From Flavobacteriales bacterium (GTDB lineage Bacteria; Bacteroidota; Bacteroidia; Flavobacteriales_F; PHOS-HE28): 64,000 nucleotides of DNA. Positions within the stretch are counted from its first letter, which is position 1. Each line of letters begins with the position of its first letter. The stretch lies in contig JAGNUG010000001.1 of NCBI GenBank assembly GCA_017987115.1, positions 33,405 to 97,404 of the forward strand, read 5' to 3'. The position numbers and the translations under genes were made by a program. Of this stretch, positions 20,786 to 30,716 are shown piece after piece. The notes under the pieces were generated by a model. The model worked only from the letters and a program-made list of their open reading frames with translations. It was not told the DNA's origin and made no database searches.

Positions 20786-22330
20786 CTACTTCTTAATGAA
20801 AGGAACTGAACTACGTTCCGCACCACAATCCACGGTTAGTACATATGATCCAGGTGCCAACTGCTCTACGGAAAGATCCATCTCAGAACGAATGATGGTT
20901 CCGGAATCAACGCGTTGGCCATTTACATTGCTAATTGTCCAATGGGCTTGGGTGCCTTCTGTACATGGGGAGGTAATGTGCAATTGACCTTCGTTGGGAT
21001 TAGGGAAAAGAGAAAAAGACAAGCCACTTAAATTTTCAATAACGCCTACTGGATCTGCACCCAATTTGACCAACCAAATATCGGAACCACCAAAGTTGTT
21101 CGGTGGGTTTACGTCGCTTGAATTAGCCCCCCCCCACAACAAGAATCCATTCGAGGTGGGCATTGCGCAACCTCCAAAACCATCGCTCTGACTGCCACCT
21201 AGTGAAAGCTGCCACAGAATGGCACCATTCGGATCGGTACGAACAACCCAGCCATCAAATGACCCTGAATTCTGCTCAACATCATTATCTGATGATGACG
21301 AAGCTCCGATCAATAGAAAACCTGTGTTGGACATTGCAAAAATGGCGCGACCACGGTCCGTATTTGACCCACCGTACACCAAGCTGCTAATGAAAGCCCC
21401 CGAGCTTGTTAATTTTACCACCAAGTAATCGTCACCTCCGTGCGCACCTATTACATCACCATCATTCGAGCCGGACTCACCCAAAGCAATGATACTTCCA
21501 TCGCTCATTTCCTTCACATCGAAACCATAATCAATGTTGCTCCCGCCACAAGGGCGCTGCCATTCTATTTCTCCATTAATGTCGATCTTTAATACCCAAA
21601 AATCGCCAGTACCAATGCTGCCGATCACATCGCCATCTTGGGAGTCCGTGAAGCCATTCAGAAAATAACCACCATCTGAAGCGAGTGTGATCGTATAAGC
21701 CGTTTCTCCGCCGCTGCCACCATAAGAATGTTGCCATTGTATATCGAATGCAGCATCCAGCTTCAAGACCCAATAATCGGTAAAACCGGCATTCGCGGTT
21801 ACGTCACCATCTGTTGATCGCGACTCACCAGCCAAAACATAGCCTCCATCCGGTGTTGCCTCAAGTGCAAATGGTGCATCGTTCAATGATCCGCCATAGC
21901 ATCGCTGCCATATTGGATCACCATCGCTATCCAATCGAACAAGCCAGAAATCCACCCCACCATGGTTACCGCTTACATCACCGTCGTTTGAGCGCGTACT
22001 TCCTAACACCAAATAACTACCATCACCCAATTGTCTTGCTGAACGTCCAAAATCGGGTTGTGAGCCGCCAAGACAGCGTTGCCACTGAATATCTCCATTG
22101 CCATTGAGCTTTACGACCCAGATGTCACTGTTGCCATGATTTCCGGTAACGTCAACATTATTTGAATTCGTCGTACCGCAAAGAATATAACCCCCATCGC
22201 TTGTCTGTTCAATAGAAGCTCCGCTATCATCCAATGAGCCACCTAGGTTACGCTGCCATTCAATGGGCGGTTGTGCAACAACGACAAGTATGCTAAGCTG
22301 GAACATCAAAGCGGTTAGGAAGCGGCTCAT
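20786..22330 (-). CDS. Secreted beta-propeller repeat protein with T9SS CTD (paralog B)
   Basis: The signal peptide follows the Met at 22330 (MSRFLTALMFQLSILVVVAQP). The 3' 140 bp and an internal segment of about 75 bp are nearly identical at DNA level to paralog A. A G9 tract lies at 21127-21135. Confidence 0.75.
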   Translation of the reverse strand: MSRFLTALMFQLSILVVVAQPPIEWQRNLGGSLDDSGASIEQTSDGGYILCGTTNSNNVDVTGNHGNSDIWVVKLNGNGDIQWQRCLGGSQPDFGRSARQLGDGSYLVLGSTRSNDGDVSGNHGGVDFWLVRLDSDGDPIWQRCYGGSLNDAPFALEATPDGGYVLAGESRSTDGDVTANAGFTDYWVLKLDAAFDIQWQHSYGGSGGETAYTITLASDGGYFLNGFTDSQDGDVIGSIGTGDFWVLKIDINGEIEWQRPCGGSNIDYGFDVKEMSDGSIIALGESGSNDGDVIGAHGGDDYLVVKLTSSGAFISSLVYGGSNTDRGRAIFAMSNTGFLLIGASSSSDNDVEQNSGSFDGWVVRTDPNGAILWQLSLGGSQSDGFGGCAMPTSNGFLLWGGANSSDVNPPNNFGGSDIWLVKLGADPVGVIENLSGLSFSLFPNPNEGQLHITSPCTEGTQAHWTISNVNGQRVDSGTIIRSEMDLSVEQLAPGSYVLTVDCGAERSSVPFIKK

Positions 22331-22588
22331 GTCTTCGGGTCTATGGGATTTCGCTAAAGTTACCCGATGGATCACCTCGTACCAAACTACACCACGCCCT
22401 GTTCGCATATCTGGTCAATTCGATCGCATAAGTGGTCAAATAACCGAGAGACTTTACTATCGATGTTGAAATTTGTATTCGGCTTTCTACCAGAGCAACA
22501 CTTTCGTATTTTTGATAGTGTTCGATTGTCCAAGTGAATACAGCCGACGTTCCTGATGTATAACGAATAACCACAAACCAACAAATGC

Positions 22589-23284
22589 TCACTTCGTGAT
22601 CAACCGGAACCCCTTTCCGTGTACGTTGATGATCTCCAATGCCTCATCATCGCGCAGATACTTGCGCAGCTTTGCGATATACACATCCATACTTCGGCCA
22701 TTGAAGTAACTATCGTTGCCCCACACCTTGGTCAATGCTTCACCACGCTCCAATAGCTCATTCGCATTGGCACAGAGCAACCCCAACAGATCGCTTTCCT
22801 TGGTGGTGAGCTTGCGCTCGCCGGCAGGGGTACGCAGAAGTTGAAGTCGTGGTTCGAATGAACTGTTCCCTATTTCATAGCTATTCGTTTCCTCCGGCTT
22901 TGGAGTAATTCCTTTCGTTCTTCGAAGCACCGCATCCACGCGTAGGATCAACTCCTCCATACTAAAGGGCTTGCTGATATAATCATCCGCACCAAGCTGG
23001 AATCCTTGAATGGTATCCTGCTTCATGCTCTTGGCCGTTAGGAATACGATCGGCGTTGTCTGGTCCTTTGCGCGGATCTCACGTGCAAGGGTAAAGCCGT
23101 CCTTTACAGGCATCATCACATCCAATATCAACAGGTCGTATGCGCCTTTCGCATAGGCATCCCATCCTTGCTGGCCATCTATGCGCAAAGTGACGTCATG
23201 GTCTTTTGCGCGCAGGTATTCGGCCAAAAGATTACCGAGGTTGGGGTCATCTTCGACCAACAGAAGCTTGATCTTTTCGGACAT
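22589..23284 (-). CDS. OmpR-family response regulator
   Basis: The receiver domain shows KLLLVEDD..LLILDVMMP. A winged-helix C-terminus follows. The start at 23284 overlaps the upstream kinase by 38 nt. Confidence 0.8.
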   Translation of the reverse strand: MSEKIKLLLVEDDPNLGNLLAEYLRAKDHDVTLRIDGQQGWDAYAKGAYDLLILDVMMPVKDGFTLAREIRAKDQTTPIVFLTAKSMKQDTIQGFQLGADDYISKPFSMEELILRVDAVLRRTKGITPKPEETNSYEIGNSSFEPRLQLLRTPAGERKLTTKESDLLGLLCANANELLERGEALTKVWGNDSYFNGRSMDVYIAKLRKYLRDDEALEIINVHGKGFRLITK

Positions 23285-24779
23285 GTTCAAAGGGTAGGAA
23301 TATGCGGAAGGTACTACCTGTGCCGGGAGTGCTTTCCACGTTGATGGTGCCGTTGTGGCGCAAGACCACGGTGCGAACATAACTTAGACCAAGGCCGAAG
23401 CCTTTCGCATTATGAAGATTTCCGGTTGGTACACGGTACAGCCGATCGAATATTTTCTTCTGTTCTCCGGACGCGATACCGATACCATTGTCTGAGACAC
23501 TGATCGTAATACCAACATCATTGCTGCGCGACGAGATCCGCACGCGCGGTTCCTTCTCCGTGTACTTCACGGCATTGTCGATCAAGTTGTAGAACAAGTT
23601 GGTCAAATGAATGCGATCACCTTGTACATGATGGATCTCCGCTTGCAGGTCCAGTTCCATGCGTCCATTCCTACGCGAGACCTGGATGTTGCTGCTGTTC
23701 ATTACATCCTTCACCAGTTCATGGATATCCAGATCCACCAACTTCAAAACCATGAGGCCGCCATCCATGACAGCGCTCTGTAACACATTCTCGACCAAAG
23801 ACCCCAGCCGCTTATTCTCATCCCTGATCATGGTCACGAACGTGCGCACTTGCTGATCGGTTTTCGGCATACTGGGGTCAGTGAGCGCCTCGCATGCAAG
23901 ACCGATCGTACTTATCGGGGTCTTCAATTCATGGGTGAGATTGTTCACCAGGTCATTGCGTATGTCGTTGAGCCGCTTTTGGCGAAGGATCGTCCGGATG
24001 CTGTAAAAGAAGGCCATCATCAATACACCAATGAACAACGCTGAACTGATGATCAAGGGCAGAATGCTCTTGTAGATCGAACTTCCTTGGTCCGGTATGG
24101 CCACATGCAAGTAGAACGCAGGTCCGCTGATATCATGTCGGTACAACCGTTCCCTATACTGCGTATTCAACAACACGGTCGATGAAGCCTCCGGATTCTC
24201 TGGTAGCAGCACGAGTTCGTTATCCACCGAATAGATCGCGCGCGTCCACTTCACGTCGATATCATTCGCATGCAATTCCTGTACTAACAGCGAATCCAAT
24301 AGACCGGGCGACAACCGATCGTGGATATTGCGCCGTTGCTCCTTGGCCAGGATGGTACGTACAAGATCGGCAACCAGTTCTTCCTGTCCTGAGGGGTCGA
24401 ACTCATTGGTTGTCCTATCATTCCGTTCTCGCTCATGATCGAATTCGAATTCCATTCGACTACCCTGCTCGGTCGGTTCCAGCCTGAAGCGTTCCTGACC
24501 CGCGCCGATGTCCATCGCTGCTTCATGATCGTCCAATGCCCGCAGTGTATCCAATCGCAATAACAGTCTTCTCCCCGCTTCGTGTTGACCCAGTTCGCGC
24601 ATGCGGTCCATCCGCTCCAATCGATCACTTACTGAACGCAGCGCGTTGTTCACCCCCATAGCGAATTGAGCCTCTCGCAATACCAACGTGTCGTGCATCC
24701 ACTTCACTTGGATCGCCATTAGCCCTGCGAGTGCAATACTGATCGCAACCAATAATCCTATGACCCACCGCTTATTCAC
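23247..24779 (-). CDS. Sensor histidine kinase (HisKA/HATPase_c)
   Basis: An N-terminal TM segment is followed by the H-box LTHELKTPISTI, the N-box LIDNAVKYT and the G-boxes DNGIGI and GFGLGLS. Confidence 0.8.
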   Translation of the reverse strand: MNKRWVIGLLVAISIALAGLMAIQVKWMHDTLVLREAQFAMGVNNALRSVSDRLERMDRMRELGQHEAGRRLLLRLDTLRALDDHEAAMDIGAGQERFRLEPTEQGSRMEFEFDHERERNDRTTNEFDPSGQEELVADLVRTILAKEQRRNIHDRLSPGLLDSLLVQELHANDIDVKWTRAIYSVDNELVLLPENPEASSTVLLNTQYRERLYRHDISGPAFYLHVAIPDQGSSIYKSILPLIISSALFIGVLMMAFFYSIRTILRQKRLNDIRNDLVNNLTHELKTPISTIGLACEALTDPSMPKTDQQVRTFVTMIRDENKRLGSLVENVLQSAVMDGGLMVLKLVDLDIHELVKDVMNSSNIQVSRRNGRMELDLQAEIHHVQGDRIHLTNLFYNLIDNAVKYTEKEPRVRISSRSNDVGITISVSDNGIGIASGEQKKIFDRLYRVPTGNLHNAKGFGLGLSYVRTVVLRHNGTINVESTPGTGSTFRIFLPFEHVRKDQASVGRR

Positions 24780-25134
24780 GGAACGAAACTACCGGGATCC
24801 ATCCGGGTTCCTACCCCGCGATCTACCGTTTAACCCATTTTAACGTCCGTTCGCACATCCTTAACATCGGAAGCGGAAAGCGTTGGTTACGTTTGCTTCG
24901 TCGAAGGACCTAGTGTGCAGAATACGCATGACCAACGGTCAAGAGACAGGTGAAAGGTTATAAGGACGCTGGTCAAGTTTTGGAGGTTTTGGTCCATTTG
25001 ACTGCGCAAAGAGGGGTCGGAAGGTTCTTGTGCAAACAAGGGCCTTTCGATTTTTAATGGAGTTGCTTCATGGCAAGATGTATAACCTAAAGTCATTCGA
25101 CCGATCACGGTTGTTCCTTCTAACTTAGCGACCA

Positions 25135-26583
25135 TTGAACATGGAACAACTCTTGAATTTGATCAATGGCGAATTGCGACCAGCGGTCAGTGGTGCGAAC
25201 ATTGATGTCCATGGTCCTGCGACAGGTACTGTTATCGCACATGCTCCCGATAGTGATGAGCGCGATGTGCAAGCAGCAGTTGATGCTGCTACGAAAGCAT
25301 TTCCAGTGTGGACTGCAATGGGTGTGGAAGGTCGATCGAATGCGTTGTTACGACTAGCGGATGCGATCGAACGGGATATGGACGGGTTCGTTGCGGATGA
25401 ATCGCGTGACAATGGTAAACCCCTTTCATTGGCGCGTCGTGTCGACATTCCAAGAGCTGTGGCCAACTTCCGTTTTTTTGCTACGGCGGTGCTACACTTC
25501 AACAGTGAAGCGCACATGATGGATGATGTTGCCGTGAACTATACCGACCGCCAACCGATCGGTGTGGTAGGCTGCATCAGTCCATGGAACTTGCCGTTGT
25601 ACTTGTTCACATGGAAGATCGCACCGGCTTTGGCTGCGGGCAATTGTGTTGTAGCAAAACCTTCTGAAATAACCCCGATCACTGCGTACCGCATGAGCAA
25701 GTTGTGCAAAGCAGCCGGTATTCCTGATGGTGTGCTGAACATCGTTCATGGTCTTGGACCTAAGGTGGGGGCCGCTATCACAGCTCACCCTGCCATAACC
25801 GCGATCTCCTTTACCGGTGGTACACGAACGGGAGCTGAGATCGCGCGTGTTGCGGCACCCATGTTCAAGAAGTTGAGCTTGGAACTTGGCGGAAAGAACC
25901 CTGTGTTGATCTTCGATGATTGCGACTTCGAGGAAATGATGAAGACCACGGTGCGTAGTAGCTTCACCAATCAAGGACAGATCTGTCTCTGCGGCTCTCG
26001 GATCTTGGTGCAACGAGGGATCTATGATCGGTTCCGGGACGAATTCGTGAAGTGTGTTACCGCATTGAAGGTCGGTGATCCTGCCGATGCGAAAAGCGAC
26101 CTCGGCGCTGTGGTGTCACAACCGCATATGGAAAAGGTACTGGAACATATCCGCATTGCGAAAGCCGAAGGAGGCACGGTCCTCTGTGGCGGCGAACGCA
26201 TAGTATTGGAAGGCGAACTGAAACATGGTTGGTACATCGCACCTACTGTTATTGAGGGACTTGGACCAGCATGCCGGACCAATCAAGAAGAGATCTTTGG
26301 TCCGGTGGTGACCATTCAACCATTCGATGATGAAGAGGATGCAGTTGCCATGGCGAACAGCACGCCATACGGTCTTGCAAGTGTAGTGTGGACCCAGGAT
26401 GTGAAACGAAGTCACCGGGTTGCACGGAACATCAACGCCGGGATCGTGTGGGTGAATTGCTGGATGATCAGGGACCTACGCACCCCGTTCGGTGGCACTA
26501 AGCAGAGTGGCGTTGGGCGCGAAGGCGGTGTGGATGCGCTACGGTTCTTCACCGAAGCGAAGAACGTATGCATCCGGTTGTGA
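25135..26583 (+). CDS. Aldehyde dehydrogenase, ALDH8A1-like 2-aminomuconate-6-semialdehyde dehydrogenase
   Basis: The ALDH catalytic motifs LELGGKNP and the FTNQGQICLCGSRI region are present. There is colinear similarity to ALDH8A1/NbaE-type AMSDH (FRFFA, ISPWNLPLYLFTWKIAPALAAGN, TEEIFGPV, VWVNCW). The specific substrate is inferred. Confidence 0.7.
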   Translation: MNMEQLLNLINGELRPAVSGANIDVHGPATGTVIAHAPDSDERDVQAAVDAATKAFPVWTAMGVEGRSNALLRLADAIERDMDGFVADESRDNGKPLSLARRVDIPRAVANFRFFATAVLHFNSEAHMMDDVAVNYTDRQPIGVVGCISPWNLPLYLFTWKIAPALAAGNCVVAKPSEITPITAYRMSKLCKAAGIPDGVLNIVHGLGPKVGAAITAHPAITAISFTGGTRTGAEIARVAAPMFKKLSLELGGKNPVLIFDDCDFEEMMKTTVRSSFTNQGQICLCGSRILVQRGIYDRFRDEFVKCVTALKVGDPADAKSDLGAVVSQPHMEKVLEHIRIAKAEGGTVLCGGERIVLEGELKHGWYIAPTVIEGLGPACRTNQEEIFGPVVTIQPFDDEEDAVAMANSTPYGLASVVWTQDVKRSHRVARNINAGIVWVNCWMIRDLRTPFGGTKQSGVGREGGVDALRFFTEAKNVCIRL

Positions 26584-26890
26584 GCTTACGCGTGTTCTAC
26601 AATTCTTGGTCGCCGGCGATGGGCTTTCATACCATTGGTAAAGAACCATCCGAAACGCGCAGAGAACCAGCGATCAAATCGGCCGAAGACACTGGTCACT
26701 AAATGAAGTAGGGTGAACATGATGTTGCGGGTTTGTATACCAAATACTGTTTCGTATCAATGGCCACTCCGATCTATTCGCTCTTCGGATAGTCCTTTGC
26801 TGCGGAACAGTATAATAACCCCAACTACATACCGATCAGTATGTGAAAGCCGGATCAGTGGGCAACTTATCTTGAATTGCTACAACCTCA

Positions 26891-27955
26891 TCAAGCCACC
26901 ACCTCAATAACAACGAACTCCGTATCACCCTTCGGTGTTCGGTGCAATTTCAATGGTGCCACTTTCCGGTGAGCGAGCTCCAGCAAGCCCGAGGAGCGGA
27001 TCTCTCCTTCCTTTTGTTCACCCGAATACAAACGCTCAACATGTTCCTGGAGCTGGACCCCGGACAGTTCATTCAATGCATTTACCGTGGTCTCCAGCGC
27101 ACCTGCATCCGCATGTTCCATATCAGTACCCAACACAAATGAATGCCCTTGATCGACGCGCTGGATCAGGAAGAGCGCTTCCGGATCCTTCTTGCCCACC
27201 ACCTTTAAAAGTTCGGTAGCACCCTGATAGCACTTCGTCCATGTTTCAATCCTCTGAAAGCCCTCGTCCAGGTCCTTGGAGATCATCTCCACGACCGTTT
27301 GATGCAACTTGTCGGTACATCGTCCTTTACAAAGCAACAGGATATCCTCTGTGGCAACCAGGTCATGAAGTTCATCAATTTCACTATCCGAAAATCGCGG
27401 CAGTTCATTGTCCCCTATGAAAACACGCAATGCATAACGCTGGTGATCCGCACCAATACTTACCATATGATGCACCAGATCATGGCCCGATCGTCTTGCC
27501 ATTTCGATCAGCCCAAGTCCTGCACCACCTCTTTTGGAGCTGCTATCGTTCTGCAACCCGCTCAGGAACATTCGTTTCAGCTGATCAGGCCCCAGCTCGC
27601 TAACATTCTCCAACAACTTCGTCAATGGGCCCGCTTCATTGTTCGGAACAGCATTCACCGCCACCACTTCGAACGAAAGACCCTGATGGCGTATCAGGAA
27701 CATGCTTCGGCCAGCCTTTCTATCCTGTTCCTCCAATGATCTGACGCGGTGTCGGATGATGTTCTGATAGGATTCCACCATCAGGAACCCCACTTTATTC
27801 CGCAGCGCACGGACTCCATTCTCCTGGTCCACGAACTGCTCTCCCATGGAGATCAATTTAGCGGTATGCTCATCATGAAAGCTTCCGCTGTATAGGAACA
27901 AGGACCTGCCGCCCAAAAGAGCATTATTCACGTGATCAAGCGCTGAGAGCTCCAT
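26891..27955 (-). CDS. Hypothetical two-module GHKL/HATPase_c-like regulatory protein
   Basis: A G2-like box (KRGGAGLGLIEMARRSG) sits in the first half. A degenerate second copy follows, giving an internal duplication. There is no signal peptide. Its start codon overlaps the divergent ppk start in a CATG. Confidence 0.4.
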   Translation of the reverse strand: MELSALDHVNNALLGGRSLFLYSGSFHDEHTAKLISMGEQFVDQENGVRALRNKVGFLMVESYQNIIRHRVRSLEEQDRKAGRSMFLIRHQGLSFEVVAVNAVPNNEAGPLTKLLENVSELGPDQLKRMFLSGLQNDSSSKRGGAGLGLIEMARRSGHDLVHHMVSIGADHQRYALRVFIGDNELPRFSDSEIDELHDLVATEDILLLCKGRCTDKLHQTVVEMISKDLDEGFQRIETWTKCYQGATELLKVVGKKDPEALFLIQRVDQGHSFVLGTDMEHADAGALETTVNALNELSGVQLQEHVERLYSGEQKEGEIRSSGLLELAHRKVAPLKLHRTPKGDTEFVVIEVVA

Positions 27956-30716
27956 GGAACTGATGGGATCAAATATAGCTGGCGAGTGGCGCGTTCCGTT
28001 CTACGGTCGATCATCGTGGACAATCCTATCTTCGCCCGACTTCATGATCAACGAGGCAATTCTCCGATCCGTGCGCGCCTATGTGAGGCGTTGGTTCACA
28101 CAGAACATGCCGGAACATATGGTCTTTCACGACCTTGAGCATACACTCTCGGTGGCACGTGCTGCGATCGGGATCGGTGTAGGGATGCGCTTGACCACCG
28201 AGGAACTGGCTGAATTGGAATGTGCCGCACTATTCCATGATACGGGCTACGCGTGGGCCTATGAAGGACACGAAGAGCACAGCGCCGACCTTGCAGAACA
28301 ATACCTCACCAAGAAAGCGGTCGACAAGCGGATCATTGCCAGGATCCGTTCGTTGATCATGGCAACGAAGTACACGGCTTCGGCACGGACCGTATTGCAA
28401 AAAGTGATGCGTGATGCGGATTCCGCCAAAGCAGGTCAGATCGATTTCGCAGAAAAAAGCGAGCAATTGCGTTTGGAACTTGAGGTGATCCGCAAGAAGA
28501 AGTTAACAGCGGAGGCCTGGATAAACGAGAACCTGAATTATTTGGAAGAACATCGCTTCCTTACCGTTTTCGCAAAAGAGCGGTACGGCCAACAAAAAAG
28601 GCTCAATCTGGAAGTGCTCCGTGCCGAAAGCCAAAAACCGGCCAAGAACAGAAAGCCAACGGAGGTGGTGCATGAAAAATACTTCGATCGCGACCTGAGC
28701 TGGCTTTCATTCAACGACCGCGTGCTGCAGGAAGCGAAAGACCCGAACACACCGCTTTTGGAACGCATCAATTTCCTCGCGATCTATTCCAATAACCTCG
28801 ACGAATTCTACAGTGTGCGTGTTGCAGGGCTCAGAAGTCTGCTGAAACTGAAGAAGACCGATCGGAAAGTATGGGAAGTACCCCCGGATGATCTGGTGGA
28901 ACGGTTGAACCAAAAAGCGATATTACAGCAACGCGAATTCGGTACGTTGTACAGAGACACCCTTCTACCCGCCTTGGCCAAGAACGGCATCCGCATTCTG
29001 AATGAGAAGGAGATCTCCACCAAACAGCGAAAAAATGTGTTGGCGTTCTTCAACGAGGACGTCGCGCCATTGCTTCAGACCGCTGCGGTCCGGGAAGGGA
29101 ATGAACCCTTCATTGAGGACCGGAAACTCTATTTCGCTTGCCGCCTGCTCAAAAAGGGGAAACAAAAAGAACGCCTCGTGTTGCTGAATATTCCAAGCGA
29201 TAAGCTTGACCGGTTCGTGCGGTTACCATCGCAGGGAAAACGGACTGACCTGCTATTCCTGGATGATGCCGTAAGGATCGGGATGCCCGTTTTATTCAAG
29301 GACCATAAAGTTCTTGGTGCATATGCGATCAAGCTTTCGCGTGATGCGGAACTCTATCTGGACGAAGAGTTCGACGGCAATGTAAAAGACAAGGTGCGCA
29401 AAAGCCTCCGAAAACGAACGACCGGGGTGCCTTCGAGATTCCTTTACGACAGTTCAATTCCGGCACCCACGTTGAGCATTCTGCGCTCTTTATTCGGACT
29501 TGGCAAGCAGGACCTGGTACCCGGGGGGCGTTATCACAATTTCCGTGATCTGATGAATCTGCCCGTGAAGGGACACAGCAGCCTACGCAACAAGCCATGG
29601 CCGCCAATGACGCATCCGGCCATCCTATCATCCCGTGACGCGTTCCAGGCCATTGCAAAGAAGGATCTATTGTGGCATTACCCGTATCACGATCTCGGCA
29701 TGCTGGTCCACTGGTTGCAACGGGCCGCGGCTGACCCGACCGTCAAACACATTGCCATAACCTTGTATAGGGTCGCAAAAGAATCCGCGATCTGCGCGGC
29801 ATTGATCGATGCATTGCACAATGGAAAGAAAGTAACGGCATTTGTTGAGGTGCAGGCGCGGTTCGATGAAAAAGCCAACCTCTTTTGGGGTGAAGCGTTG
29901 GAGAATGCTGGTGCACGCGTGATGTACAGTTACGAGAACGTTAAGGTGCATTGCAAATTGTTATTGATCGAGCGGGTGGAGAATCGCAGGACCAGACGAT
30001 ACGCGTACCTGAGCACCGGAAACTTCAATGAGCGCACATCGAAGATCTATGCTGACAGCGCCTTGCTTACGGCCAACCCGGCCTTGACGGAAGAAGTTGC
30101 CCAAGTGTTCCGCCACCTGGAAGACCGCCGCTACAGCCCGCAATTGAAACAGTTGTTGCTTGCTCCATACGCACTCCGAAGCAACTTGGAGGCGCTTATC
30201 GATAAGGAGATCGAGCTTGCACAACTTGGTAAGCGAGCTGAGATCATGCTCAAGTTCAACAGTTTGGAAGACCACGCACTGATCCGCAAACTATATGATG
30301 CAAGCAATGCCGGTGTTAAGGTCCGTTTGATCATACGCGGAATCTGTTGCCTCGTGCCCGGTGTCAAAGGTCTAAGTGCGAACATCAAGGTGATCAGCAT
30401 TGTAGACCGGTACCTGGAACATTCACGGGTGTACGTGTTCAACAACGGTGGCAATAAGTTGATCTACCTCAGCAGTGCCGATTGGATGGGCCGTAACCTT
30501 GATCGACGCATTGAGGTCGCATTCCCCATCTTGGAACCCGATCTGAAAAGCGAGATGCTCGATCTTATGCAATTGCAGTGGAACGATAGGACCAAAGCAC
30601 GCTTGATCACTGCAAAACAGACCAACCCGTATGTTGGATCAAGGTCCAAGAAGCATACGCATTGGGCCCAACACGATACGTGGAAGTATTTGGAGCAGAA
30701 GCGGAACAGTGATTGA
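27954..30716 (+). CDS. ppk: HD-domain phosphohydrolase fused to polyphosphate kinase 1
   Basis: Residues about 40-230 form an HD domain (HDLEH...LFHDTGY...HEEHS). From about residue 240 the sequence is a canonical PPK1: DLSWLSFNDRVLQEA, NLDEFYSVRVAGL, and two PLD-like H-x-K motifs (HCKLLLIER, LEHSRVYVF). The start could alternatively be the Met at 28044. Confidence 0.75.
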   Translation: MELMGSNIAGEWRVPFYGRSSWTILSSPDFMINEAILRSVRAYVRRWFTQNMPEHMVFHDLEHTLSVARAAIGIGVGMRLTTEELAELECAALFHDTGYAWAYEGHEEHSADLAEQYLTKKAVDKRIIARIRSLIMATKYTASARTVLQKVMRDADSAKAGQIDFAEKSEQLRLELEVIRKKKLTAEAWINENLNYLEEHRFLTVFAKERYGQQKRLNLEVLRAESQKPAKNRKPTEVVHEKYFDRDLSWLSFNDRVLQEAKDPNTPLLERINFLAIYSNNLDEFYSVRVAGLRSLLKLKKTDRKVWEVPPDDLVERLNQKAILQQREFGTLYRDTLLPALAKNGIRILNEKEISTKQRKNVLAFFNEDVAPLLQTAAVREGNEPFIEDRKLYFACRLLKKGKQKERLVLLNIPSDKLDRFVRLPSQGKRTDLLFLDDAVRIGMPVLFKDHKVLGAYAIKLSRDAELYLDEEFDGNVKDKVRKSLRKRTTGVPSRFLYDSSIPAPTLSILRSLFGLGKQDLVPGGRYHNFRDLMNLPVKGHSSLRNKPWPPMTHPAILSSRDAFQAIAKKDLLWHYPYHDLGMLVHWLQRAAADPTVKHIAITLYRVAKESAICAALIDALHNGKKVTAFVEVQARFDEKANLFWGEALENAGARVMYSYENVKVHCKLLLIERVENRRTRRYAYLSTGNFNERTSKIYADSALLTANPALTEEVAQVFRHLEDRRYSPQLKQLLLAPYALRSNLEALIDKEIELAQLGKRAEIMLKFNSLEDHALIRKLYDASNAGVKVRLIIRGICCLVPGVKGLSANIKVISIVDRYLEHSRVYVFNNGGNKLIYLSSADWMGRNLDRRIEVAFPILEPDLKSEMLDLMQLQWNDRTKARLITAKQTNPYVGSRSKKHTHWAQHDTWKYLEQKRNSD

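Noticed and set aside
22589-23284. Possible frameshift between the histidine kinase and response regulator genes, suggested by a 38-nt overlap
   Set aside because: Both proteins read through to conserved C- and N-termini in their own frames (kinase ends ...FEHVRKDQASVGRR; regulator begins MSEKIKLLLVEDD). The overlap is treated as real. No evidence of an indel was seen.
24780-25134. Intergenic region upstream of the aldehyde dehydrogenase, checked for small RNA or riboswitch features
   Set aside because: I could identify no convincing conserved structure or repeat by eye. It is probably just the promoter region for the divergent kinase and ALDH genes.
27954-28043. The annotated ppk start at 27954, sharing CATG with the divergent gene start
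   Set aside because: It is kept as listed, but it may not be the true initiation site. The Met at 28044, just before the HD domain core, would restore an 88-bp divergent promoter region. This cannot be resolved from sequence alone.
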